Counted from the whole stretch's first letter, positions 36,613 to 49,621 are shown. The stretch is 63,804 nucleotides of DNA, filler included, from Octopus bimaculoides (GCF_001194135.2; 4 parts of 4 records of this genome joined end to end with filler, not necessarily neighbours in it); one strand, 5' to 3'. The notes: generated from the letters alone by a model not told the origin. Numbers and translations are program-made.

Positions 36613-37714
36613 TGAAATGGTATTAAAAGACCACTGAGTTCGTCATCTCTCAATGGTAAATGCCAGACTTTAATATCTATGACTGTTTACAGAAGTGTTC
36701 AAGTAAAAACTTTCATAATCTTGATAACCTTTCCATAATTGTTGGTTATAAGTCTTGGGTTTGGTTCAACGTACAGCAAAACATGCTGAAAACATGTGCA
36801 TCTGTTTTGTAAAATTCCTTTATATTGAACGCAATTTAAAATATGCAGCCAATTTTTGTGAAATATTGCTGGGCAAGTCTTATGCCATGAGTATAGCTAA
36901 AAACCTTGATTTTAAATGGAAAATTTGAGGGTTGTCTTATAAAATAAATCACCTTAACCGCATTTAGCCTGTTAAACTGGAACAGCGATATCAGAGAATT
37001 TGAACAAACGCACTCATATAAAATGTCAAGAAACAGATGAAGCTAATAAAATACACCGTTGAAAAGAAGGAGAAAATTAGAAAAGAGTAGAACGAGATGC
37101 AAATATTAAATATTGAATTAAAATATCAGAAATGAGATAAGAGAAACCAGTTAAGTTATAACATACAGCTTCAGTACATTAGAAGGGAAGTAAATAGACG
37201 TGTTTGCATTAAGAAACCAGAAAACGATTAAGTACATTCTGAATTAACCGTTCTGAAGATGATGTAAAACGGATGTACCAACCGTGTGTACAGAAGGAGG
37301 TGGCGAGATGATAGAAATAAAGAATTATTACAAAATAACCACAGTTGGTCTAGAAGAAAAAATATTTAGAAGTAAACAATACAATAGTAGATTATTTCGG
37401 ATATTAAGTATGAAAATACAAATTTGGCTGTCATATATGTGTTCGTATGTGTGTGTGTGTAAGTATATATGTGCGTATGTGTGTGTATGTNNNNNNNNNN
37501 NNNNNNNNNNNNNNNNNNNNNNNNNNNNNNNNNNNTATATACATATATATATATATATATACATATACACATATACACATATGTATATATGTGTGCACGT
37601 CTGTATGTATATGAGAGCAATATAATTCAAACTGGGCAGAAATAATCTTGAAGATGTTTTGATGACAAAAATAACACTCTACTCCTCCTCCTTCTCATCA
37701 CCATCATCATCATC

Positions 37715-37852
37715 ATTTGACTGCGGCCATACTAGAGCACAGCCATTAGTCGAAGAAATCGACCCCAGGACTTAATCTATCCGAGTACGCAACTGGTACT
37801 TAATTTATCGACCCCCGAAAGGATGAAAGGCAAAGTCGACCTTGGCGGAATT
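37715..37852 (-). mobile_element. chimeric SINE: family A body joined to family B 3' end
   Basis: Minus: AATTCCGCCAAGGTCGACTTTGCC...AAGTACCAGTTGCGTACTC (A), then TAAGTCCTGGGGTCGATTT...TATGGCCGCAGTCAAATGAT (B). Confidence 0.7.
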
Positions 37853-38884
37853 ATCCTACATTTATAGATATTACCTCTAGTTTTTGCCTACATTAGCAGT
37901 AGTAGTGCTAGCACTACTACCACTACGACCACCACTACGGCTGACGTAGGCAAAACTTAGGGTAATATATCGACTACAACCACTATTATCGCTACCGCCA
38001 TTACCACCATGAACATCATCACTATCACAGCATGACTATTGCCACCACCGTCTGCATTATGACAGCAACAACAACAGCATTATCATTCGTTGACACTAAT
38101 AAAGCCATCTTAAGATCCGCACAATATATATATATATATATATATATANNNNNNNNNNNNNNNNNNNNNNNNNNNNNNNNNNNNNNNNNNNNTTAATTAA
38201 TTAANNNNNNNNNNNNNNNNNNNNNNNNNNNNNNNNNNNNNNNNNNNNTATATATATTTATATATATATAAGTTGCGTTTAAGCTAAAAGTTCCTAGCAT
38301 AAAATAATAAACAAAAAGGAGTTACTGATGCCGGGTTCTGCAGATCAAATGACACTCAACCTACGCTAGTTTGCACTACTGTGACATGACCTTTTGTACC
38401 AACTTGCATATTCTTCCGCTTAAGTTGTATGTTAGAATTATTGTTTAAAATAATGCACATTTAGTATCGATTAAAAAGAACTTTGATTTATTAAAAAAAA
38501 ACAATAAAAAAAATAAATAACCTAACAATCACCTTAAGTATTTCAGATATCGAAAACTATTTGCGTAACTGTTCCCGGCTTTTAGACGTGGGACTTGTTG
38601 CACTTACTCCAGTGTAGCAGTAAACAATAGTATTTTGTATGTACGGATTACAAGAAGTGTTATAATCAGTTTTGCTATTATTCGACTAGATCTTTCACTA
38701 AGTCTCAAATATAATTTAAACATAGTAATTGCTTACTCGTTTCCTTTTAATTCATTTTACTTACCCAGATAAAACTGTGCCATAGAGTTTATATAAAAAA
38801 ACAAACAAAAAAACGAACTTGAAACTGATGATATCTATGAGTTTATTCAACACAAGGAAAACCGCCCAGCTTTTGTCTTTATAA

Positions 38885-39587
38885 TAATGGTTGCAAATTT
38901 TGCCACAAGGGCAGTCATTTTGTGGGGAGGGGATGAGTGGATTACATCGACCTCAGTGTTTCACTGGTACTTAATTTATTGACCACGAAAGGATGAAAGC
39001 AGAATCGACCTCGGTGGAATTTAAACTCGGAACATAAAGACGGACAAAATACCGCTAAGCATTTTACCCAGCGTACTAACGATTTTGCCAGCTCGCCGCC
39101 TTAATAATAATAATAATAATTCTTTCTACTAAAGGCACAAGGTCTGAAATTTGTGGAGTGGGTGGGGACCAGTCGATTACATCGACCCTAGTGATTCACT
39201 GGTATTTATTTCATTGATCCCCAAAAGGATGAAAGTCAAAGTCGACCTCGGCGGAATTTGAATTCAGAACGTAAAGACAGACGAAATGCCACTAATCATA
39301 TTGGCCGTTGTGCAAACGATTCTACGACTTCGCCACCTTTACAATAATAAAAAAAAAAAAAAAAAAAAAAAATTCAGACAAATACATAACAAAAACACCA
39401 GGACTTACAAATATATAATATAACATACAGAAAATTGCACTACTGGGCACTGCACACATTCTACGCAAAACACTTTCAATACAGTAACCATAAGACCATC
39501 ACAGCAAACCACAGCACATATCCAAGGCACACAGAGCTGCGCTCGGTAGTGAAGTGAAAGCACGTTATAAAAATAAAACTACTGAAC

Positions 39588-39640
<53 letters not shown>

Positions 39641-39850
39641 TGATGATAATAATCCTTTCTACAACAGGCACAAGGCCTGAAATTTGGGGGAGGGGGCTAG
39701 TCGATTACATCGACCCTAGTGCATCACTGATACTTAATTTATCGACTCCGAAAGGATGGATGGCAAAGTCGACCTCTGCAAAATTAGAACTCAGAACATA
39801 AAGACGGACGAAATAACGCTAAGCGTTAACAATTCTGCCGGTTCGCCGCC
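38885..39850 (-). mobile_element. three family A SINE copies (38885-39103, 39115-39340, 39650-39850)
   Basis: Same diagnostic blocks as other copies, (AAT)n linkers. Confidence 0.85.
39372..39640 (+). mobile_element. R4/Dong-like 3' terminal fragment with (AAT)n tail
   Basis: IQKIALLGTAHILRKTLSIQ*, short UTR, long (AAT)n. Confidence 0.8.
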
Positions 39851-39865
39851 TTTATAATAATAATA

Positions 39866-40862
39866 CATCCCGAGGACATTGTCGCACTTCCCCGCTACGA
39901 ATCCTCTGTAAATGTCTAAAGTGGAACACACACCGATCCTATTGCTCGACTTGTAGAGGACAGTGAGCGCTTGACGACATTCTAAGTGCCAGGCGCTTAA
40001 TCTCGGCCTATCCTTTACCCAGGACTGCAGCTCCGTCAAGGAGACAAGCTGCAGAAAAGCGTGACTCACAAACGGAACCCACACACGTTCGCCTTCTAGA
40101 AATTGCTGCAGCTGGCCAACCTGAGTGCATGTCTGGGCATTAAAAACCATGGCATGCCTAAGCCGCCACGCAAAGGGAGTTGGTAGCAGACCGACCGCTT
40201 GACCATTGGAACGCGTCCCTTCCATGAGTAAATAAACAGGATACGCTCCAGTTTAACCAAGCAATAAGTAGGGCAAGGCACGACGGTCAGACGATAAATA
40301 ATGACAGAGGCGATGTAGGTATTCGATGACAACTTCCTCTCTGCCCATTTCTGGGTAAGAGAGGTCACCCTGTTTGTCACCTCTTCCCAATTCTTATCCA
40401 TCTTGAGGTCGGGACCAATCCAGACCCCAAGCAGTTTAACTGGTCCGTCAGTCTAGCGTCCGACGACATCGCTCTGCTTCTCCAGATGCCCAGTCGCAAT
40501 CCCATCGACTTGTCGGTATTGATTTTAGCCCCTGCAACCGACTCATATTCCTTTACAATGGAGTCGACTGTCTCCATTCCAGAGGCGTCCGACACCATGA
40601 CGGTGGCGTCGTCCGTGTATGCAGCCACTGCCCTCCCGAGTCCAATTTCGAAAGGGAAACCTCTTAACAGTTCCAACTTCTGCAGCAGTGGCTCGAGAGC
40701 CAGCACATACATAAGAGGTGACAGTAGACAGCCCTGACGGACCGAATGTGCAATACTAAACGACTCCGATTGTTGGCCATTTACTTTGACCACCGAGCAG
40801 GTGCCGTTGTGCCGCTGCGCATTGCAGCAATCTAGCCTCTGAAAACGGATCCGAAATCGGGC
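39866..40862 (-). mobile_element. Tx1/L1-like reverse transcriptase fragment
   Basis: VKVNG...SVRQGCLLSPLMYVLALEPLL...AAYTDDATV...GAKINTDKS...GGLGMP; frameshifted, YADD changed to YTDD. Confidence 0.93.
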
Positions 40863-40869
40863 ACTTTAA

Positions 40870-41490
40870 GAATAATTAATAACGATTTCTTTTACTTGCC
40901 ACCAAGGCAAAGGGTGAGTGGGTCAATAAAAAGACAGACATAAAGTATTGGGGTTTATATGTGATAGAATGATAAAATAAAAAGTTTACACGGTATACAT
41001 TGGAAGAAGGGAAGTATACATAGTATACGACACTAGAAAAAAAGTGATAGTGATGGGGTCCCCCTGATTCAGGAGGACCTCTAGGGATAATCAAGGAACC
41101 CCACCATCCAAGATCGCCCTGAATACCAAGGACGAGAGCCTTCTCCAACTCCTTTCTTCTGACTCACAGGTCTATACTAAGAGTGGTACCATCCACTCTT
41201 GCTATTTTCGCAACTTTCACCCATCTTTTTATAAATTCACTCGAAGACAACATCTCCCTCTCCATCCTCACTTTCCATTTCAAATGAAACTTGAAAAAGC
41301 CCATGAGGTCTTTACCAAAGAGGAATGTTTCTGTCCTCATAAATTTTCAGCCTCGTCCACCACATAACCTCTTTCGCCACAGCTACCAGACAAAGGAAAC
41401 TACCTTGCCTGCCTGATTAAAGGAGGGCGGCGAGGCAATCATCATTATGGATTCGACTGTCAGACCCTTCCAACAGCCTTTTATCAAGTA
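40870..41490 (-). mobile_element. Tx1/L1-like ORF2 C-terminus and 3' UTR
   Basis: CLVAVAKEVMWWTRLK...FFKFHLKWKVRMEREMLSSSEFIKRWVKVAKIARVDGTTLSIDL* (stop near 41157). Confidence 0.8.
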
Positions 41491-41549
41491 ATTTTTTTTA
41501 AATCCCCGCACCACGTGGGAATTTTTATCTTATAGTTTTATAAACAACT

Positions 41550-43330
41550 GACAATGTTTTAATTAAAAGTCTGTCCTTGGGGGTTTTGAGGATGAAATCC
41601 TTAAATTCCTTTCCCTCTGTCTCTATTTTGTTTTTGTTTTGACTTACAAAATCCATCAATTCACTGTTGCACTTGTTCACAACAGTGAACTTGATGGATA
41701 CATTTTGTGTATAGTCTGATGTATATTCTTGTTTTCGAAGTTCTGTACTTGGTTATTTCTGTGTTTCTGTGGTTTCATGCTGTTGTTGATGATGTAGCTG
41801 TTTTTGAAGTTGTTGTTCTTGTTGGAGTGGTTGTGAATCGTTATGCAGTTGTGGTTTCAGAATGTTTGTGTTGATTTCTTGGAGTAGGGCTATGTACTCT
41901 CCTTCTCTTTCACTTACCCCCTCTTGTCACTGTGATTCATTGATCGCTCAGATCTTCTTTCTCCATGTCATTGCAGTTGACGTTGGTTTGGGAGGTAGAG
42001 CATTCAGGAGATGCTTGCTTTTCTGTGGCAACTGGAAGTAGACTCCTTCTTTGACTTGGTTTGGGAGTGGGTGTGAGCGTGGGTGTAGGTGTAGGTGAAG
42101 AAATCTTGAACACTTGTTTCTGATTTTGCATTTGTAGTGTTTGTAGTGCTGGCAGCAGCGAGAGTTTATTTTTTTGTTTTGTTTCAGGGCAGAAAGCCTT
42201 TAAGTGAGTAACAGATCCACATATATCACATCTTGCTTTCTACCCTCCACTAGCACCGACAGGTGAGTACCATCCGGGGAATCGATTAGATCAGACAGTT
42301 GGTCGATATGGTCCTGCTTAGATTGTAAAGTCAGTTCCATACCTATACCAGACCAGTTTTGCTTAGGTGTTTTCTTGACCTCCAATATTGTCACTTCATC
42401 TTCTAGACCTGCCAGGACGGCCGCCACTAACCAGGTGATGGATATTTCTGGTGGCACATTCAACAACCTAATCTTGGCAAGATGTTGGCCACGATAACTG
42501 GGGATTAAAAAGTTGTCATTCCTCAATGTGGTTGCGGAATGATACCTGGCTTCTTCTTCAATCCTAAGTCTCATCTCAATAGTTCCAAACTTCTCTCTTT
42601 CGGTGATGTGGGTATTTTGTTCCTACACACTCCCAAGGCATTTTTGTATTTCGCCCTCAGGAGCATTTTCCACCCGCTGAGACTCGGCTTCGATGCAGCG
42701 GTATGTTACCGTGCTTCTTAAGATGTTCTCTATCACATTGGATGGAGAGTTTAAAGTTACCCTTCTACCATTACTTTTTATGATTTTCCTTGCCATTTTA
42801 AAATCTTCATCTGTGCGGAAATTTTCCATATTTCTCTCCGCAAGCGCAAATCATGCGGAGGCGATATTCGTGTTTTTATGTTTCATATGTTTCGTATTTT
42901 TGTTGCTACTGTTATTGTTGTTGTTGTTCTTCTTGTTGTTGTTCTTCTTGTTGTTGTTCTTCTTGTTGTTGTTACTGCTGCTGCTGCTGTTGTTCTCGTC
43001 GACACTGAAATTTTGATTTTGCTTAGAGACGAAACATTATTCGCCTCGGTGACGTCATTAAGTTTAGGCCATTCTATATATTTGTTCTCATTTTTTGACG
43101 AGGAACGTGTTCCTGTGTCGAACATTATGATGACTTCTTTGTCAGGCATCTTTAAATAATTAAAGAAAATTGCAAAATATTTGTTTTTACTGAAAATAGT
43201 TAAAATTCAAAAATTATTGATGCGCACCCCGTGCAAAAGTACAATCTGCACAGTCCAGACAATCTCAGAATTGCAATAGTAACAATAAAAGTGAACAAAA
43301 TTACACTTGTTTAGCTTACGGAGTTCCAAA
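41550..43330 (-). mobile_element. Tx1/L1-like 5' UTR and ORF1 with CCHC zinc knuckle
   Basis: MPDKEV start at 43149; EEEARYHSATTLRNDNFLIPSYRG...VLVEGRK; CDICGSVTHLKAFC (CX2CX4HX4C) near 42190-42230; frameshifted. Confidence 0.85.
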
Positions 43331-45226
43331 TTTCAACATTGTTTATAATTGGTTTATTATGGGACAACATACAACTAACTTGATACCAACTATCAAATAA
43401 CCAGTGCAACAAACTAAATGGGATCTACAATCTTAGAGTTTTATTTATAAACCATGTTTCTTATTAGTTTGAAACTACACTGATATGACGTGTTTTATAC
43501 ACTAAGGTTCAGTATGGTGTCTTATTGTTTTGTCTAAGGTCAGCCATGACTGAGCTTACGATCTATGATCAAAAGTGTTCTAATTGTTACTATCTCATCT
43601 TACACAATGTATCATTCCTTTATTAAGGGTGAGATGGAGGGAGATTTAGCTGTTATTTCTTGAAGGATAAATGATTATGTTAAAGCTCTCACTTCGACCT
43701 GTGTAGAGTTATTTGGCTCCTCTAAACTGCTCCTTGTTAAGATGGTAAGATGTGGCGCACACACACATTTTACAGACAAGAAAGTAAATTTCGAACGCAG
43801 TAAAGCTGTAAGAACATCAGAGAAAGATTGGGTATTTACCCTCATAAGATGGAAAAAAATTGCCTGCTACAAAACCTCCCAAAACCAGACCCCAATATCT
43901 AAGAGTTATCTAAGCCTAATAAGATTATCTATGAAGAAAAACAACCAATATCAATGTATGTAATCTCCGCAAACTGTTAATCCAGAAATATTTTCCACTT
44001 TATTAGAATGAAGGAAAACTTAGAATAACGAGACTAAGATATAAATAATTCACAAACAAGAATAACAAATATGTATTCCCATTATCAGCTGCCAAACAGA
44101 TATCACTATGGTTTCAACACCTGGGCAATTCCATTCAATCCAGTGGTATAAATAACATTAAAAGCACAACCACTGCTTGGGAATTAATAATAATCAGCAG
44201 GAGCGAAACGTTAGCATAGTATGTTCATTATGGCAATACTTTCTTATCACTACAAGCAACAACATCGAAGTAAACAATTAGTATTAACTTATAGTTACGA
44301 AACAGTACATATAAAGCAACGTACTTACTCCCCACAAAAACATTGTGATGCTAAAATTATAATACAAAGGAACAAGCGAACTAGACAAATTAAGGAAAAA
44401 ACAAACTATTCAACCTCTAACACTCTACATGATAAGACCAAAGGAATAGCAAACCAAAAACTTAAAACATACAGATTAAACAAACATAAACTGTAAGATG
44501 TGATGTTTCTCAATCTATATTACATCCCGAACATGACAACACATCATAAACAAGCAAAAAAAAAAAAAAAAAAAAAANNNNNNNNNNNNNNNNNNNNNNN
44601 NNNNNNNNNNNNNNNNNNNNNNNNNNNNNNNNNNNNNNNNNNNNNNNNNNNNNNNNNNNNNNNNNNNNNNNNNNNNNNNNNNNNNNNNNNNNNNNNNNNN
44701 NNNNNNNNNNNNNNNNNNNNNNNNNNNNNNNNNNNNNNNNNNNNNNNNNNNNNNNNNNNNNNNNNNNNNNNNNNNNNNNNNNNNNNNNNNNNNNNNNNNN
44801 NNNNNNNNNNNNNNNNNNNNNNNNNNNNNNNNNNNNNNNNNNNNNNNNNNNNNNNNNNNNNNNNNNNNNNNNNNNNNNNNNNNNNNNNNNNNNNNNNNNN
44901 NNNNNNNNNNNNNNNNNNNNNNNNNNNNNNNNNNNNNNNNNNNNNNNNNNNNNNNNNNNNNNNNNNNNNNNNNNNNNNNNNNNNNNNNNNNNNNNNNNNN
45001 NNNNNNNNNNNNNNNNNNNNNNNNNNNNNNNNNNNNNNNNNNNNNNNNNNNNNNNNNNNNNNNNNNNNNNNNNNNNNNNNNNNNNNNNNNNNNNNNNNNN
45101 NNNNNNNNNNNNNNNNNNNNNNNNNNNNNNNNNNNNNNNNNNNNNNNNNNNNNNNNNNNNNNNNNNNNNNNNNNNNNNNNNNNNNNNNNNNNNNNNNNNN
45201 NNNNNNNNATATATATATATATATAT

Positions 45227-45530
45227 ATATAAAGAATAATAATAAATGGAGCAAAGCGCATATAATCAATAAGTTCCTTTAATTCCTACATATGTTTCAA
45301 AAATTATATGCACTCTACTCAAAGGAGTAAGAGATGATGCTATATACATATAATATATTCACCACAAGTCTTGCATTTGTAATATAGTTTCCTGAAGATA
45401 AAATTATATGTATATACCAGCATCTCTTACTCCTGTGAGTAGAGTGCATATAATTTTTGAAACATATGTAGGAATTAAAGGAACTTATTGATTATATGCG
45501 TTTTGCTCCATTTATTATTATTCTTTATAT
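45227..45530. mobile_element. foldback element, ~125 bp near-perfect arms, probably Penelope-derived
   Basis: About 4 mismatches between arms; arm has CTGTGA...GAAAC-ATAT-GTA; spacer reads KLYYKCKTCGEYI on minus, like a GIY-YIG CxxC..YIG motif. Confidence 0.75.
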
Positions 45531-46499
45531 CAACTCAAAATACATCACTTTAATATGGAATTTCTAACCCTTAACCGGGTGTAATATCCCAGTTTTTGTG
45601 TGATTTTGCTACCCTGGTAACTATTAACATATTTGCATTATCGAAGTTTTTCAACCAAGGTAATATTAATATATACATAAATAATATATATATATGAGTG
45701 TCTGTGAATGAAATACACACATACCTAGTTTTCTGTTGTTGATGTTGTTTTGTCCAAGATTGTCAATAAGCGTAAAAAGGCTTTTCTTCATACACAGTTT
45801 ATTTAGGATTACATTATACATTGCGTCCTTTCATTATATAAAATATTAAGGTTTGATTTGAGAGAAATTAGTCTAACATTTCTAACAAAGGGAACAACTG
45901 CTCTGAAGTCCTCTCATCAGCACATGAATACATATTTCCTTTGCTTTTTAACTGCTCTTTTATTTTCTCTCTGAATGTTTACATTTGGAAATGAAGGCAT
46001 TGTATAACTATGAATTTTATTTGCAATGTTCTAAATATTGACTTTTTGTACTGGTTTGTTTTCTAGGTCTTCCTTTAATTTCTTAACATTTTCCCAACTG
46101 TCTTATATGACAAATATATTGTCCAAATACATCACATCCGTGTACACCAATTGCAAATAATTGCATATATTTACATAGTGACAGTGAATATCTAAACAAA
46201 TACAAAATGTTTGTAGAAAAGTACCTACTTAGAAGAGGATTTAAATTCTCCTCCACAAATGAAGCACTCAATAAAGAAACTTACAGAATACTAATCGACA
46301 AGTATTCTTTACAAGCTAATTACAAAGCCATAGAACAAAGCAAAAAGAAATGCAAAGTCACAAATATATCAAGCACTAAACCAATTAAAATGCCTAAACC
46401 AAATTTATTATATTAATTAGATACATTTATGCTGTAGAACACATTATCAAAACCCTCTTAAAATAAACACAAAATGCCTTTCACAAAACACAAGCTAAT

Positions 46500-46685
46500 A
46501 CTAATAATGATTTCAAATTTTTGCCACAAGGGTAGCTTGGAGGAGGGGATTAAGTAAATTACATCGACTTCAGTGCATAACTGGTACTTATTTAATCAAT
46601 CATGAAAAGCTGAAAGGCAAAGTCAACCTCGGCGTAATTTGATCTCAGAACATAGCGGCAGACAAAATATCGCTAAGTATTAATA
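46500..46685 (-). mobile_element. family A SINE
   Basis: AAGGCAAAGTCAACCTCGGCGTAATTTGATCTCAGAAC block. Confidence 0.8.
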
Positions 46686-46724
46686 CTAATAATAAGCTAC
46701 AAAAACACTAAGATTAAAAGTTTT

Positions 46725-46960
46725 TTTATCTATATCTATATAGCTGAGTTTGTGAGTGTGTGTGTGTGTTGCATCTATAGAAATCCACACCTTACAGGAT
46801 AGCAATCTGGGAGTCGCACCAATGGATTCCTCATGGTCGAAAATGCCCGGAATCGGCTATTTGTTTTTTTTTTTTCGTTGCTTCCTAACACGTGAATTTT
46901 TGCATTAAAAATAATTTTAAACCATAAATTCTAACAAGTTTCAAGTCGCCATTATTTGCA
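46725..46960 (+). mobile_element. possible non-autonomous Helitron-like 5' fragment
   Basis: TCTATATCTATATAGCTGAG start followed by (GT)n; no 3' hairpin/CTRR seen. Confidence 0.25.
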
Positions 46961-47143
46961 AACATGAGTTCAGTCCCTAGTCAATAATAAATCACAAACA
47001 TATTAAACCACCAATAAGCAATTAATGACCAATGTGTCTTATAAATTTGATTCCAAACATTGAAAGTTGTAAACTTCATGACTCCAACTGTTATGCTGGC
47101 CATACAAGTATGGTAGTCCCCTACCAGATCACTATGCTGTTAA

Positions 47144-47176
<33 letters not shown>

Positions 47177-47284
47177 TTAACTAAAATTAAAAAAATAATT
47201 TATAGTGAGTGTTTTTATTTGAATGCAATCTGTTCAAAATGGAAACAAAAATTATCTCCGGTGAGTTGAAATCAAAATAGTTAA

Positions 47285-47616
47285 GAAAACACTATTGAAC
47301 AAAGTTAACTATATACTAATGAACAGAGCAAAGAATACACTATTGAACAGAGTGAAAGCACAGAACTATTGAACAGAGTCAAGAATATATTATTGAACAA
47401 GGAAAATGCTATTTAACTGAGTAAAGAAAATGCCATTGAACAGAAAACAAATAAACGTTTGAACAGAGATAAGAATATACAAATGAACAAAGTAATAGGA
47501 ATATACTATCGAGCAGAGTCAAGAAAATACTTATCAAACAGAATTAAGAAAGCGCTAGTGAACAGAGTAAAGAATATACCATAAAAATGAATAAACAAAA
47601 TACTATTGGACAGAGT
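47285..47616 (+). repeat. diverged ~24-bp minisatellite, about 14 units
   Basis: Consensus AAAGAATATACTATTGAACAGAGT. Confidence 0.85.
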
Positions 47617-47714
47617 TAGCTATTCCATGAGACATGAGATTTCTCTTGGAGACCATTGTTAAAGTCATTTGACATTACAATGCAGTCAAGGTTTTTAATG
47701 ATTGGTACGGTAGA

Positions 47715-47990
47715 AGGTGAATGATAGTGCGGGTGGCACATAAAAGACACCATTTTGAGCGTGGCCGTTGCCAGTACCGCCTGACTGGCCCTCGTGCGGG
47801 TGACACGTAAAAGCACCCACTACACTCTCTGAGTGGTTGACGTTAGGAAGGGCATCCAGCTGTAGAAACTCTGCCAAATTAGATTGGAGCCTGGTGTTGC
47901 CATCTGGTTTCACCAGTCCTCAGTTAAATCGTCCAACCCATGCTAGCATGGAAAGCGGACGTTAAACAATGATGATGATGATGATGTATC
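47715..47990 (+). mobile_element. SINE 3' part with Meta-like central domain and (GAT)n tail
   Basis: GAGTGGTTGACGTTAGGAAGGGCATCCAGCTGTAGAAAC core (resembles the MetaSINE domain, from memory), CCCATGCTAGCATGGAAAGCGGACGTTAAA tail. Confidence 0.7.
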
Positions 47991-48384
47991 TTATAATAAT
48001 TCTGCTTGTCATTGCGTTACTTAGCCCGTGGGTAATGCTTTCACATGATTAGAGAAAAAGAGGGAGAAAGAAAAGGGGGAAAGAAAAAAAGAGGGAGGAA
48101 GAAAAAGAGGGGGATAGAAGTGTCCATGATGTGACGTAGAGAGGATGTAATTGTAACGCTTTCACGTGATTAGTTGAAGGGAAAAAGAGGAGAAAGAAAA
48201 AGGAGAAAGAAAAAGGATAAGGCAAAGAGTGACACAGAAAAAGGGAGAAAGAAAAAGAAGGAGAGAGAAGCGTTCATGATGTGAGATAGGGAGAACATAA
48301 TATTTATTACGTGGTTAAAAAAGTTAGTTGAAGGTAGAGGGGTGATTTTAGCAGAGGGGTGATGTTCCGAGGGTGAGGTTAAAG

Positions 48385-48425
<41 letters not shown>

Positions 48426-49419
48426 GNNNNNNNNNNNNNNNNNNNNNNNNNNNNNNNNNNNNNNNNNNNNNNNNNNNNNNNNNNNNNNNNNNNNNNNNNN
48501 NNNNNNNNNNNNNNNNNNNNNNNNNNNNNNNNNNNNNNNNNNNNNNNNNNNNNNNNNNNNNNNNNNNNNNNNNNNNNNNNNNNNNNNNNNNNNNNNNNNN
48601 NNNNNNNNNNNNNNNNNNNNNNNNNNNNNNNNNNNNNNNNNNNNNNNNNNNNNNNNNNNNNNNNNNNNNNNNNNNNNNNNNNNNNNNNNNNNNNNNNNNN
48701 NNNNNNNNNNNNNNNNNNNNNNNNNNNNNNNNNNNNNNNNNNNNNNNNNNNNNNNNNNNNNNNNNNNNNNNNNNNNNNNNNNNNNNNNNNNNNNNNNNNN
48801 NNNNNNNNNNNNNNNNNNNNNNNNNNNNNNNNNNNNNNNNNNNNNNNNNNNNNNNNNNNNNNNNNNNNNNNNNNNNNNNNNNNNNNNNNNNNNNNNNNNN
48901 NNNNNNNNNNNNNNNNNNNNNNNNNNNNNNNNNNNNNNNNNNNNNNNNNNNNNNNNNNNNNNNNNNNNNNNNNNNNNNNNNNNNNNNNNNNNNNNNNNNG
49001 TGGGGAAGGATTCTGTGAGAATAGCATTGTTTCCATTCCTCGAGCGTGATGAGCCCTTCCATCCCGAGAAATAATGGACTTGACTAGGATCAATATATAA
49101 AAATAGTTTGTATAGTGTTAGAGACTAATGGAAATATAGTGTGCTGCTGTTGGATGTTGAAGTTCAGGAATAGGCAATATTTCAGTTAATTATATTTGCA
49201 TCCTAGAATGATGTTGATTGCAATATTCATATTATAAATAAACACAATTCACTTACTGAAGTATGTAACTTAAGTATATCATATTTTCTTCAGTTCATTG
49301 ATTACTTACTGAAGTGTTAGTGGAGACTAAGAAAGGATTGATGTGCTGCAGATTATGTTTTGAGGGTTAAATTTTTCATATAGGCCACCTATAGAAATTT
49401 CATTATCATGACACTTGTT

Positions 49420-49615
49420 TTGCAACTTCTTCTTAAAGCTCTTCGATCCCTATGGAGCATAGGCCATTGATGACGTTTCACCACTGTTTTCCACTCTGGG
49501 GTGTTTTTTCTGCCTCCCTTTCGTTGGACTCCTACTTTTTCCATCTCTGTCGCAGTGTCCCTGCCTTTAGCAGTTATTTGCAGGATGTCCTCTCTTCTGC
49601 CTTCCCTTGTGGGTA
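49420..49615 (-). mobile_element. RTE LINE 3' end
   Basis: PQGK(R)KRGHP...WKTVV...NGLCSIG-type C-terminus, frameshifted. Confidence 0.6.
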
Positions 49616-49621
49616 CGGTAA

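Noticed and set aside
47285-47616. CRISPR-like array
   Set aside because: Contiguous degenerate units with no unique spacers; eukaryotic context
49000-49065. GLITLEEWKQC (minus) resembling a SPARC-type EF-hand; plus frame GKDSVRIALFPFLERDEPFHPEK*
   Set aside because: Lacks upstream Asp ligands and a good acceptor; truncated by gap; not testable by eye
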